The notes under the pieces are model-generated. The model worked only from the letters and a program-made list of their open reading frames with translations, did no database searches and was not told the DNA's origin. Made by a program: the position numbers and the translations under genes. 64,000 nt of DNA, taken from NCBI RefSeq assembly GCF_000143415.4, contig NW_003314261.1, positions 2,367,266 through 2,431,265 of the forward strand. The letters are read 5' to 3'. Below, in pieces: positions 48,226 to 61,260 of this stretch (its first letter is position 1; each line of letters begins with the position of its first letter). This DNA comes from Selaginella moellendorffii. Lineage: Eukaryota; Plantae; Lycopodiophyta.

Positions 48226-50855
48226 ATGCGCATTCGAAGGCAGCAGCAGCAGCAGCGGATGGAGAGCTTGAGTGTTACTGTTCTTCCTGCAACTCTGCTG
48301 CAAGAGAGAGACTCAAAGTCGTCGTGCTCGGAGGCCATCCCTGGCAGTTTGTCCAGATCCAGGAGGTCGACCAACTGGCTGGACAAGCTCCGGGCCTCCA
48401 AGGGGTTCTCGCCGGAGCCCAAAGTCGAGATTGAGGAGTTTGTGAGGACCCTCCATGGGAATTCTTCCGGAGATTCCAAGAGCAGCGGCGTCACAGCGAC
48501 CGCTCCTTTGCGCTCATCGGCTGGGAATGTAGCCGACTGCAATGCCGCCAGCGGCAGCGGCAGCGGCACCACCTCAGAGGAGAAGCTTTGTGCTGTGGAA
48601 GACAAAGTTGGATTTCCAGGAGGGGATTGCAAGGTGGAGGATGACAGACGTGGTGAAGCAGAGGTTGCTGTAGTGGGTACAATGGATTTGGTACAATTTG
48701 AGCAGTGTGATTCTTTTGACCCCGACGGTTCGAAGGCCAAGCCCAGCAGCAGCAGTGGCCAGTGCATGAAGCTGTCGAATTCTTCCGAAGGGCTCTCGCA
48801 AGTTTGTCCAAGTGAAGGCTCTTCGCCGGAGGAGAACGGGAAAGGCAAGTCTTTAAGCCCGGGAATCAGTAATGCAGATAATGGTAACGCCATTGCTCCG
48901 GCCAAAGCTTGTGGGGACTACGACGTCTACGCGTTTGGATTGCCTCGGGAAGACTTCGAGCCGTCCCAAGGGTGTGTGACGACGGTGAAGCAGCAGCAGC
49001 GGAAGCAGCAGCGCAAGAGGAAGCAGCAGAGGCCGAGGAGCTGCCCGAAAACAAACACCTTTTCTCCCGGGCAGGAGGTAACTGGACCTTTACTGCAACG
49101 AAGGAACCTGGAGCTCCTGCGGCTGGGGAGCTACTGTGTGCAGGAGAGGGGGAGTCCAGAGTCAGAGAAGGCGAATCCCGTGTGCCGGACTCAACTGGCA
49201 TTGCGGCAAGAGTATCTGACTGCGACACCGTTGAATTGCAGTGACGAGAAGAGGAGAAGTTGCGCGAGCTTGACAACCAGCTGCATGGAGAAGATGCGCG
49301 CCTTCAGCCTGCGGAGCCAGTCCTCTACAGAGTCGGACGGAAACGGGAGCGATAGTACGTCCGACTCGTTGACCCTTCGCAGGCGAGGGATGAAGCAGTC
49401 AAAGGATCTACAGGGTGCTATTTGCTCCAAGAGGAGAAAGTTGTATGCTGCTGGAGCTCCTGTTACTGTAAGCCGCGTTTGTTGCACATTAGCCGTGGTC
49501 GTTAACAACTTGGATTTGCAGCCATTCCAGGTGGAGCGAACATTGTCTTTGCAGAAAGATGACCACTTGCAGGCACGGAGGAGGTATGTAGTTCTCAGCC
49601 CACTGCTGCAAAGCTCGTGTTCTTATTTGACTCTTTCCAGGACACCGCAAACGAATGGCTTTTTCGGTAAGGACGTGGCTATCCTTACAGCTACTGTACT
49701 AATTGGACTTTATTTCTTTGTGTTCTTTGAGCAACAGATATTGCTTCGTCCATGCTTAGAGCACCACTCGGTGTCTCCAAAACTTTGCCTCCTCCTGACG
49801 ATCCTCCCGACCACCCGGCGAGCCAACCGAAGGATACACTCGCCTCCTCAGTCTACCAGGTATTCATGAAGGCTGGCAAGAACGGCTTGACAACACGGGA
49901 GGCCGTCTCCAAGATCATCGAGGAAAAGCTTCCGGGGCTCGGGGAATGCAGCGTGGTGGCGAGGGTGGAAGTGGGGAAGATCGTGCGCACGTCTCCTTAC
50001 TTCATGGAGCTGGAGGAATCAAGGTTTGTACTGTGCAGTGCAATAACCGGCATAGAAGACAAAGCAAACAACAAAGGCCCAGGGGCGGAAAAGGTAAAGG
50101 AACAGGTGTACGAGCTCCAGAACTGGGCCGCTCTTGCAGTTAGACGGGCGCGGACAGGCAAAACGAGAAGGAAACCAATCCGTGACAGGAGTGGTCTGGC
50201 AGTGTCAGTAGTGGGAAAACCAGGTAGCGAGGAGAATAGTAAAGCAGCAGCACCAGCAACAGCACTCCAGCAGAAGCAGCCCCAGCAGCATCAGCAGCAG
50301 CAGCAGCAGCAGCAGCGTGAACAGGAACCGCCCCGGAAGCGACGACTGAAGTCTGTACAGCAGGATAGTACAGGTCTCGGGAACCGCTGCAACCGGTCTG
50401 ATGGCAAAGGCTGGCATTGCCCGCTGCTAGCACAGGTCGGGTACTTGCTTTGCGACCACCATCTGGACAGGTTGCGAGCAAAGTCAGGCTCCAAGGCGAG
50501 GAGGCCCAACAAAAACCGAGCCGAGAAGCGGGCCAACAACAACACCACCACCAAGAACAGTGCTGGAAACCACGCCACCGCCGCCACCAACAGAAATAGC
50601 AACAAAGGCAACAACAACGTCACCACCACCAACACTGGTAGGGGTAAGCAGGGAAAGGCTAGTCACAGGAATGGATTTAAAGCTCCGGCGCCACCGCCGC
50701 CGACGAATCCAAGTGGGAGGGAGGCGTGGGGGTCTCGTCAGTCTTTGGGTGTAGCGAGAGTAGGACGGGGTAGCGAGAAGCGGCAGAAGAAGGCCGAGGA
50801 GCTGCAGGACGAGTCCGGTGGAGAGGAGGTGACGACGTTTGGGTTGAGGTTCTAG
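48226..50855 (+). CDS. Predicted nuclear protein with HARE-HTH-like and WRC zinc-finger domains
   Basis: Exons 48226-49467, 49522-49583, 49641-49666 and 49738-50855 join in frame via GT-AG introns (~815 aa). Contains WRC-type CNRSDGKGWHCPLLAQVGYLLCDHH and a winged-helix-like TLASSVYQVF..AGKNGLTTREAVSKI segment. The start codon is uncertain. Confidence 0.75.
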
Positions 50856-51230
50856 ATAGGAGGAACAGGAGGAGTGGCAATCCCAATCTCAATCCCAGCG
50901 GTGATGAGATTGATGATCACTGAAGAAGAGCCGGGGTGCTTGGATCATAAAAGGTGGAACTTGGAAGAACAGTGGTGGTGGTGGAGGAGAAGAGCGAAGA
51001 GGAGGTGACGACGTTGGGGTTGAGATCCTAGACAGGAACAGGGAGCGGATCGCTTGGGCCATCAAAGTTGGAACTTGGAAGAACAGTGGTGGAGGATAAG
51101 AGCGAACGTTTGGGTTGAGGTTCTAGATAGGAACAGGAGGAGGAGGATTCGGTGGCGATCCCAATCTCAATCCCAGCGTTTGATGATCGCTGATGGAGAA
51201 CTTGGAAGAGCAGCGGTGGAGGAGACGAGA
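50820..51230 (+). repeat. Imperfect local tandem repeats of the stop-codon region
   Basis: GTT(T/G)GGGTTGAG..C(C)TAGA(T/C)AGG-like unit at ~50837, ~51012 and ~51107. ATCCCAATCTCAATCCCAGCG occurs twice and GAACTTGGAAGA.CAG three times. Confidence 0.7.
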
Positions 51231-51707
51231 GCAAAAGACACTGGCGGCGATGATGAGGTGGTAATAACCCACGCACTTTGATTGGAGAGATTTTTTGGAG
51301 AATGGTAAGTTAGGTGGAGGGGAACATTGATTGATTTGATTTGATTTGATGGAAGCGGCGCACAACAGTGGCAGTGGCAGCGGCAGCATCGCAATTGGTT
51401 TGTTGCAGCGGCGACGCAAAAAAGAGGAGAACAGCAAAAAAAAAAAAGAGAGAGAGCCAAAAGCGACGATCGATCAAAGTTTGTACAGGAAAGAACCATT
51501 CATTCTTTTAAAGAAGGGGAAAAAAAAAGGGCACAGTAAAAGTAAGAAAAGGTGTTTTGTTTGGTAGGAAGTGAGGTACTCTTACCCCTTCGTGGAGTGA
51601 AAGCGAGACAAGGAATCTTTTTTTTAAATGCCCGTGCTTGCCTCCCTCTCGCTGGGACTCCGAGGGTTTAGGGTTTTCTCTCGCTTTGGCTTTTGGGCGA
51701 GGAGGGG

Positions 51708-53411
51708 ATGGCGGATGATGCCGCCTACTTGGCGCTCGTGGAGCGCTTCAAAGCTGTGCTCGGCGGCCCCGATCTCGCGGGACATGCGAGCGCTGGCGGC
51801 GATCTGGCGGTTGAATCGGTGAGTTTTTGCCTTTTTCGTGAGGATTTTTGGCGAGAATCGTTCCGGGCACGGCATTGATCCTGGGATTCTGCGTTTCTAG
51901 GTTGGCGAGAAGCGGAATCGAGTCGGCGAGGGCGAGGGGGAGGAGAGGAACAAGCCGAGCAAGAAAGGACGCGGGGCGAGCGAATGGTTTCTGGTGTACA
52001 CGCAGTCGAGCATTATGAGGAAGCAGAGGTCTGTTGGTTTGTTTGTTTTGCTTATTTGTTTGCTTTCTCGGAGTGGCATGGAATGTAATGAACTTCCTTT
52101 GCTTATCTCAGCTCATTGATGGTTTCCTTGGAAGCATTTTTCTTTTCCTCCTGTTTTCTGGGAGCGGTCAGTTTGATTTCATTCTTTGATGATTTTCTTG
52201 ACTTACATTAGCTTTTTTCATTCTCTAGCAGTGTTTTGCCTCATTCCATTGGCTTTTTCTTTTCTTTTTGTCTCTTGTGTTGCATTTCCTATTGCTTTTT
52301 GTAGCTCCTTTTCCTGTTTTCGTTGATAATTTCGTGTCTATAGATACATGTACAATGTTGCAGACGCCCGGGTAGCGCAGTACGTCGAAAAAGGACTTTC
52401 GGATAATCTCTTTATCAGCGACGTCTCGTCGTCGTCGAATCTATGGGCTCTCATTTTGGACGCTTCAACCGGCTTCACGGCGCAAGAGTACTTGATCTCT
52501 TCCGTGTTTCTCAACAAGGTACCGAACGTATGTTTCTTTTCGATGTCACGGCTCATTCTTTGTACGCAAAGGAATGGATCGTGGAACACTGGAACAAAAA
52601 CTACTTCATTACCGCGGTAGCGGGTGCTAGCAATGGACATTCACTACTCGTCATGTCCAAAGGTACGTGTCTGGGAATCATTTAAAGTTATAAATTGGTT
52701 TCTCTTGCCAGGACCACCTTACACTCAGCAGTCGTATAAGATATCCAGGAAGTTCCCGTTCACCTGGATAAAGAAGAAGTGGCGTCAAGGCTTTTTCGTG
52801 ACCAATCTCACTGCCACTGGCAAGCGCTGGGCAGCGGTAATGTCAAAGACAACGTTTTTTAATGATCAGGTTCGCCTTGCTTGCACAATTTTCTAAGTCA
52901 TTTGCTTTTTCAATCTATCCAGTACGTAGAACTTGACTGCACTTACACCCGGGATAGACTTAATCGGCTCCGTGGCCGGGGCTTCCAAATCACTGCTGTT
53001 GGCAATACTCCGGAGCACGCAGCAGTGGTTCTTAGTTCCTTCTCTGGAGAAAATGGACAGGGCCGTTTTCCAGCTGCTGAGCAACAAGCATCGATCTCGG
53101 GATCATTTCCCAGCAATCAAGTCAAGGTAAGTTTTTCACTTTCTCAGTCCTCTCTTTCTTCTTCTTCTAGTTTCTTTCAGCTTGCTGAAATCTATTTCTT
53201 CCTCTTCATCTTCTTCGTCTGTGCTTGTAAGTTTGGATTTTAGAATTGAAGAAGAGTTGATCGCTTACAAGCATTGCAGGAGAATTGGACAAGGCGACTA
53301 TACATCTCGCAAATGAGCTATGGACGCACAAACCATTTCGAAGGAAAGGCTGTGAAGCTCGCGATTGGCAGGCCGGTAACTAACAGCGGTGAAGTAACAA
53401 TGGCGCTGTAA
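51708..53411 (+). CDS. Stand-alone C-terminal domain of MUT9-like/PPK/HD16 casein kinase 1-like proteins (no kinase domain)
   Basis: Seven exons (51708-51818, 51901-52028, 52344-52518, 52572-52662, 52712-52869, 52923-53126, 53280-53411) splice in frame to 332 aa: KQRYMYNVADARVAQYVEKG...NLWALILDASTGFT...KEWIVEHW.KNYFIT...VMSKG.PYTQQSYK...FPF.WI.KKW..GFFVT...LYISQMSYGRT. Confidence 0.85.
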
Positions 53412-53686
53412 GAAAAAAATTGATTTTGCCTTGTACAAAGTAAAAGCGCTTTTTGTTCTTAGTTTAGTCTCCTCGTGGTCAACCTAACTAGGGTTTCTCG
53501 CGATTCAGCTGGCGATCTCCAATGCGGGAGCTGGAGAGATCGCAGATCCAGGCCCGTTGGGAGGATTCGCGTCGAGATTACAGGTAGCGCTGGAGGATGG
53601 GTGGGATTTTGCGAGAGGATTCGGGAATGTAGCCAGCGGCCCGGTGGATTTTGTAAATCGCGCGTGCTCGCTCGCCCGCGGCCACC

Positions 53687-56600
53687 ATGATGATGGCTTA
53701 TGGATGGCCGAGGCTCTTCCCGCTGTCAGCTTCGTCGCGGCAATTCGTCATCTATCTGAAGGTCTTGGAGGATTTGCTGCTTGTTGTGACCAAGAGCGAG
53801 ATAGAAATATGGAGCTTCGCACAGGTAGCGTACTGTTTTCTCTCTTTGATCGATTTGCGGGAGCGCTTTTAACATTGGGTGTTCTTCCAGCATAGAATAA
53901 AGCTCGGGCATTGCGTTAGAGAAGCGTCATCTTTGGACAAGGAAGGGCCAAATGCGTTTGCGGTCTGGAAAGCCGATGGAAAATCTCTTGCTGTCATTGT
54001 AAGTTCTTTCTCTTCCTTTTTTTTCCATAGTTTCTGATGCTATGTCGCTTTGTTCTCTCTTTTTTTCTTATGAATTCTTCAGACTGCTGGCTTTTTTTTC
54101 TCTGTCTATGAGATTGCCATCTCTGGCAAGAAGCTTGCCGATGCAAACCATGCGGTCGACTTACTCCATTTCAAATGTGGCTTCAACACTAGACTGTCTC
54201 AAAGAGTGACAGCGTAAGGCAGGTCTCTGGTTTGTTCGTTTTGATGTTCTCTCTTTTACAGACTTACGAGTGACGATGCGTCGATCCTCCTCGGCTTGTC
54301 AGATGGTTCCTTGGCAGTGATGTCTTGGACGGGAGAGGTAGCTGTTCCTTTCTTAGCTAAACTCTCTAGTTATAACTGGATCATTACAGGAAGTGGGGAA
54401 CGTTAAACTTCGCGGCGGCTTTGTTCCGTTAGTCGGCATCCTGCCTCTTTCCGTGGAAAATGGAAATTTGGAAGCATCTGGCCTGGGAGTTGTTCAACTT
54501 GAAACGTCAACTGTCTTGCAAATGCTGGTGGTGGTTTTTATGGATGGTCGTGTCCTTCAGTGCTCGATCGACCGTAGGAGCCCAGCTGATATCAAGCCGG
54601 AAAAATGGGCCTCTATATTTGATGCTGTTTGCACATCCATCGGCCAGCAACTCCAGTTGCTAGCAGTCGGCTCAAGACGTGGAACAGTCGAGCTGTTAAA
54701 CTTGGCTGATAACCTCTCTCATATTCGGACCATTTCGCTCTTGGACTGGGGGTAAGCATCCATTTCGTCCTAGTCGTTTCGGGTTTTCTGAGTTTTATGT
54801 TTTGCAGGTATTCCGTAGAGGACACTGGCTCCGTCGCGTCCATGAGCTGGACACCTGATAACTCTTCGCTTGCTGTTGGATGGAAGAACAGAGGGATTTC
54901 TGTGTGGTCTGTCTCGGGCTGTCGACTTATGTGCTCCATCCGCCAAGGGAGTGTAAGTAATGCATTTTCTCCTGCTTCATCTGGAGTTGACGCATCGAGA
55001 CATGAGCCTTTGGCAAATGGTGCAGCACATTTGGCTTGGGGACCGCATGGCTTCAGCTTAATAGCTGCCGGGCCAAGAAACGTTAAGGGGCTTCTGGAGT
55101 TTTCTTTCGCCAAAAGTTCTCTAAAACGATGTGTATCCGGGAGTTCTCATATCCTGGATGTACTTTATGGAGAAGACAGATTGCTCCTTGTTGAGTTTGA
55201 CGAGGAAGACGAGCTTAAGTTACGGCATCTGATGATTCCGGTATGTTATGGGCAATTTCATTCGTCAACTATTTTGCTTGTCTTCTTTGCTTTTCCAGAA
55301 AACTTACATAAGTGAAGGCTGGCCGGTGAGGCATGTGGCTATTAACGAAGACGGAAGCTATTTGGCAATAGCTGGCAAGCAGGGTGTGATTCTTTACGAC
55401 GTTCTGATGAAGAGGTGGCGTGTCTTTGGCGACATAACGCAAGAGCGGCAGATTCGCTGCTTCCAGTTGATCTGGCTTGACAAAATCATAGTTCTACTCA
55501 ATTATCGTGAGGCGACTGATTCGTAAGCTATTTCGTATTCTTGACCCGTATTTTATACATTGCGCTTGACAGGTATGAATTAAGTCTGTATCCAAGGTTT
55601 CATCTTGATGAGAGCTCGCTGTTGTGCCGCAAGATGCTGCCTGGGAATCCTATAACGATGGACATCTGGCAGCAGTACATCCTCGTTGCATTTGCTCCTT
55701 TTGATCTGAGGATTTTTCGTGTCACCATGGATGGGAATGTAACTCCTTTCAAGGTTCCAGTTGTCCAGGTACATATTCACCTTCGGTTTTTCTTTTCTTC
55801 TTGTGCTAAAATGTTTATGTTCATGCCAGCTAGACACAGTACGGGAGCTGTCAATTGTTAGTGTCAAAAGGGCTCCTGTGGCACTGCAGTTAGTACCACC
55901 ACAAAGAAGCCCGGAATCATCTCAGCAACCTGGCAGGTACATTTTTGTTAATCATCTTGTTCTGAAAGTCTCAAGCTAAGTATTTGAACTATAGGTGCGT
56001 GGTTTTGCGTAACGATGGAGAGCTATCAATACTTGACCTTGACAAAGGCAGTGAACGAAGCCTTGCAACTGGTATCGAGAGATACTGGCTGACGTCCGGC
56101 AATGCACATATCAAGGGTCTAGCGGAAGAAATATCCTGGTGGGCGTATGGTCACCAGGGAATGCAGGTACTTTCATTGAATGTGCCAGCTATGTTACGTA
56201 CGTTCTCACACGAAACTCCAGGTCTGGTACCCGTCGTCTTTGTCGGCTGATAAAACGTCACAGGTAAGCCTTGCACAGCACAAGTAGCTTCTTTACGAGT
56301 CTCGTGACCTTGTTTATCCAGCTGGACCCTGAAATTGGGTTCGATAGAGAAGTTTATCCGTTGGCTCTTTGCCCTTCTGCTGGTGTTCTTGTCGGGGTCT
56401 CACAACGCTTGTCGGTATCAACATGCAGCGAGATGCCGTGTTTTGAGCCAATTCCTCAAGCCGAAACTATTCTTCCTTGTTTGCTTCATCATTTACTTCA
56501 GGTATGTGTAAACTTTTTGTGAAAGAGATGTTTAACGTCCTCTGCTGTTCTGACAGCGTAACAAGCAAGACGAGGCGTTGCAGCTCGCAAAGCTGTCTGC

Positions 56601-58126
56601 AAGAAATCCACACTTTTCTCACTCTTTGGAATGGCTGCTCTTCAGAGTCTTTGACGGTGCAATATTCAGGTATGCTGCTTGCGCGTAAAAGTTTTGGTTT
56701 AGCCTTTTATGTTATTGTTCACAGACAGAATCCCAAATCCAACCTGGAAGTCTCGACAAAAAAGACTAGTCTCCTCGAGCAAGTATGCGAGCTGATACGC
56801 AATTTTCCAGAATATCCAGATGTAGTTGTCAGCGTCGCTAGGAAAACAGATGGTCGTCACTGGCCTCTACTTTTTGCCGCCGCAGGAGACTCCACAAAGT
56901 AAGTTGCTATGCTTGTTTCTACATTGTACTGATGATAATGATCGCAGACTTTTTGAGGAATGCTTTGAAAGAAAGAGTTACCATACCGCAACGTGTTACA
57001 TCTTGGTATTTATTATAGATGCGTGCGTCTTACTCTCTAATCGGTGAATGGTCGTTTGAAGGTGATTGCTAAACTGGAAGGTCCGTCCGTAAGCCAACGG
57101 GGAGCTCTTCGTTTGCTACAGGTGTGGAACGTTCTCCACTTCCCTTAATAAGAAATTTATGTTCCTGCAGGCAACACTAGATGAGTTTATGTATGAACTT
57201 GCTGGAGAATTGGTACGCTTTCATTATAACTCGTGGTCCTATTTAATAACCGTGAAAACATGCAGGTTCAGTTTCTGTTGAGAATCGGGCGTGAGTACGA
57301 AAATTCTGATAAGGAGCTCGGTAGAAGTAACAGTAATACCTTGACCACATTCTTTCTTAGATTGCCGTCGTCGACCAGACGGTAGTTACCGTGAGCTAAT
57401 TCGTGTTTTGTTTCTGATTTGTCTCTTTTTTTTTTTCTTTTCAGGGCGTCATTGAGTGAGACAGATCTTCTCACGTCCACAGTTAGAAAGATTTTGGAGG
57501 ATCATGCCGGGGGTTTGATGTCAAGGAGAGCTCTCTCCGATCTTGTTGCATTTGTCAAGGAAACTCAGTTCAATCTCACGGTAGGCTTCTGAAGAGAAAG
57601 CTCGCTAGCTTTTGTTAACTCAAGGAATCTCTTTTGTAGAAATTTCTGCAGGCCGAAAGAGATAAGTCAGCGAGATTAGATGACTTCGCCTCCGCTCTTC
57701 GATCAATGAGTGAAAAGGTAAGTGCTCGCCGACTCTAGGCTCTGCTAAAATATGTGAAGTCTTGTCTTTGCAGCTTTGCATGGACGTCCTCCAGAACAGG
57801 CTTGATGCCGAGTTTTTGCTGGCACACATGTGTACCGTCGGGTTCCGAGAATGGATTGTGGTGCTTTCGACGCTTTTGAGGCGCGTCGAGGTTGGCCTGG
57901 AATGTTTGATTCCGTTAACGTTCTCTAACGTGTCTCGTCCTGTCAGCTTCTGGTGGAGATCTTCCGTGGTGACGTCCGCCTGTGGCAAGCGTATAGCAGA
58001 ACACTTAAAGTACGTAATGGTGATGCTCATCCTGTGTTATTAGACTGATAAGTTTGCCTGCAGTCGCATCGAGATTTTGTCGAGTACCAGGACCTCCTTG
58101 TAGAGCTGGAGAGCTCCTTGGCATAA
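53687..58126 (+). CDS. RIC1: RIC1 (RAB6A/Ypt6 GEF complex subunit), multi-exon
   Basis: Starts MMMAYGWP. WD-like middle (SWTPDNSSLAVGWKNRGISVWSVSGCRL). RIC1-domain motifs LDPEIGFDREVYPL, VVVSVARKTDGRHW and ECF....YHTATCYIL. Stop TAA at 58124-58126. Confidence 0.9.
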
Positions 58127-59964
58127 AATGGTAAGGACATTCTCTATTCCTCTTCTAAAGTCATTCTCGTTATGGTTGTCTGCTGTGCAGGACACTGTAA
58201 ATTTTTGCTACTTGTTTATGTCTTCCAACCAGAGACCTTTTGTCGAGTGTGTGCGAAAGTGGTAGACGAAAAAGAAGAGAAGCAAGGCGGTACAGGACAC
58301 GGGGAAACACAAGAGTAAGATTGCTATTATTCCCGAGAGTGATGACACCGCAGCAGTGATTCCATAGCGCAAGTTGAGTTGTCACGACCGGCAACAAAGG
58401 TGTCAAAGAAAGAAGGCGAGCTGTGCTCAAAGCGCTGGATCTCTAGACAACCCCGGCGCTGTTGGCACTGGCGTGGATGGAGGAGGGATGATCGATCATA
58501 AAGCGAAAGTGAAACAAGCAGTGCAAAAAAAAAACTCTAGTAAGATTCCTGTCGCGAAGCAAAGCAGGGAATCATTCAGTGTTCTTCGCCGCGCGCGCAA
58601 ACTTTTTTCTCGTGTAGTTTGGGCTTTGTTTCCCATGCGAATGGTTTGGCGCATCACGAAATAATCGTAGGAGCAAACAGCGCAGCCATCAAGCGCACAT
58701 TGACCACTCTGGCCACCATACAGATAGTAATGGGGGCGTTTTTTTTCTTGTCCTACTATACAATGGAATATAAGAATTTCTCGTGGTTCTGATGAAGAAG
58801 CTTCCATGCAAGCTTTTCTAGTTCTTTAATAATTTCTTCTTCTTCTTCTACTTCTTCTTCTTTTCTGGAGCTTATATTCATTTAAAATATAAATATAATA
58901 TGTGAATTAAAAGTGTGAGTCTTTTAAGAAGCTGCCAAGCCCTCAAGTGTGCTTACTATATGTCTATCCAGCCAGCTTTGTAGCAGCAAGCCAAGTGTCC
59001 CCCCCTTTGGGAGAGTTCAAAGGCCTGAGGGAGTGTTTGTGTTTGACTCGGGACAAGTTATGGAGGGTCTTGCAACGCCCAATGGGGTTCCATTGATTCC
59101 CCGCCGCGCATAGCTTTCTCAAAGCTTTCTTTCTTTTGCGAAACGTGAGCGTGCAAAGCCTTGTCCCACGCCCGGGAGACCTCACCCCCATTTTCTAATC
59201 ACCCAAAGCTTATGATACCATATGATTACGATGCCCATTTGGGGATCCCTCTCCTTACCACCCATGGTTGTTCCATGGTTCACATACATACATATATATA
59301 TATTTACCACCTATAATTTCTTGCTAATATTTTAAAATAGTATAGTTTTATGCTTTGCTTGGGCCTTAAACAATCCAAACATGACTATGTATGTATTGGT
59401 GTTAACAGTAGTGTGGACTTTGGAACAACAGCAATATACTAATATTTTAAAATCTTATCATGCCCAACTAATAAGCACAAGATCAACTATACCAACAAGA
59501 ACAATAACAAGTAATAATTGAGAATTGACTCTTAGCGCGACTGTTTCCGTACAAAGCGTAACTAAGACCACCGACGTTGAAATATTTTAAATCAGATTTT
59601 TAAAAGCCTGTGCTGCAGGTCTGCTCCTGAAATCCAATCTAAAACGAGAGCAAAGCGAGCCTTTTGTCGAATGTAGAAAGTATAATACGTCCTTCCCGTT
59701 TGTGAGGGTTACTATTTCCGGTAATGTGACAACTTAGGATACAGTAAGGTGGTCTTGTTCATATCTGGGCTAATGTACTTGCTGTGCTATAAAATAATTC
59801 CCCTCGAGGAGCCTTTTGCCTCATTTGCGAGTGTATGTGTGTTTTCTGTGTGTGTGTGTGCCAAAAGAGAACACCAAAGAGAGAGGACAAGAAATTTCTA
59901 GTCGAGGAGAGCATTCACTCGCTGCTAAGTTCGAGAAGAAGCATAGAAATCTTTCATAAGATCG

Positions 59965-60048
59965 CGAGCGAGAGAGAGAGAGAGATTGTGTGTGTGTGTG
60001 TGTGCTATAATAGAGCTTTGTTTTTGTGTGCTTTTGTTTTGAACGCTA

Positions 60049-60080
<32 letters not shown>

Positions 60081-60082
60081 GC
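59965..60082. repeat. (GA)n, (GT)n and (CT)n microsatellite cluster
   Basis: Directly visible. The GA and CT tracts are mutually complementary. Confidence 0.85.
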
Positions 60083-60224
60083 TTTTATTTGTAACGCTCA
60101 GAGAGGTCTCGGCTTTGGCCGGGGCTTTGATCGCACTGCCGCGGTGCTGTCACTCAATATCGGTGCTGTGTGCCTCACATAAATTCGCTCGCTTCTCAAG
60201 GAAAAACCTTGTGTCACTTCCTCG

Positions 60225-61260
60225 ATGGATCAACAGCAGGTTTTGCGTCTCCTCCCTGATACTCTCTCCACACTTTTGGGAAGATACATCCCGTTTGAGC
60301 GAGAGAGATTGCAAGTGGCTTGAATCTCCGTTATCTCCCGTGACTCAATCAAGTTGCTCTGGATGGCTTTGTTTGTCAGTAGTTTCGTTCGTTCATCACT
60401 TTCAGTAGCTTCTTGCGAAGATTGCGATGTTTGCGTTTGGATTTTGTTTCTGTGGATGATTGCTCGGCTTTGGCAAGTGTATTTGGAGGGACAAATTTTT
60501 GGTGCTGGCTTGCTTGAATTTCTCTTGTGGCTTGCGGAAGATTGCGACCTGTGTTGAAATGCATCACAAAGTTTGTGTCTGTTTTCTGTTCTCTTGTGGC
60601 TGTACTACGGCTGTACTGCTGAATGCAACTGGGAAGGTGCATGAAAATCTGGGGAAGATAGAACACACAAATAAATATGAAAAAAGGAAAAAAAGAAGGA
60701 AAAAAAAAAAAGAAAAGAGGAGAAGAAAACTGCATTGCATTTGGCCTGCTGTAGAAATAAAAATGTGCACAGAATCCACGACATACTGCATGCTGATTAG
60801 AATCTGTTTGCAATGTGCAGCAGCAGGACCAGAAGAAGAAGGGATCTTCAAACAATAACAGCAACAGCAACACGTAAGCCCTCCTCCCACTCCCTCGCAA
60901 AACATCTCCAATTTCCTTCACAAGTGCTGCCGAGGGGAAACCAAAACAAAACCTTCGCTTTTTGCTTGTACTGACATCCTCGAAAATTTCCAACACATAA
61001 AAACACCCACTTTCTTTCTTATAGTTGCTTTTTTTCTTCCCCATTATTTAATTTAATTTGTCCTTTTTCTTGTGTTTTTGTTCTTGGGTGCAGCTCTGGG
61101 GGCGGGGGCAGTGGCAGTAACAATGCGGCACAGCAAAAATCTAAATCGGTGAGCTTCCTCTCTCCAAGTTACGTGCGTGAGTTGTCTGGAATTGTGGTGT
61201 GATCTCCTTTCCTTCTTTTTGGAATATGCGAGCTTGCAGAGACAAGAAGATAAAGGGCGG
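60225..61260 (+). CDS. Candidate spliced low-complexity microprotein
   Basis: Exons 60225-60239, 60821-60873 and 61094-61148 have canonical splice sites and join in frame: MDQQQQQDQKKKGSSNNNSNSNTSGGGGSGSNNAAQQKSKS. The last exon is uncertain. Confidence 0.35.

Noticed and set aside
58488-58664. Small basic ORF resembling DVL/RTFL peptides
   Set aside because: KQSRESFSVLRRARKL only loosely resembles the RTFL motif and lacks the FYI.RRC..ML.CW core.
60376-61044. 222-aa minus-strand ORF
   Set aside because: Low-complexity Phe-rich translation of A-rich, probably intronic DNA.
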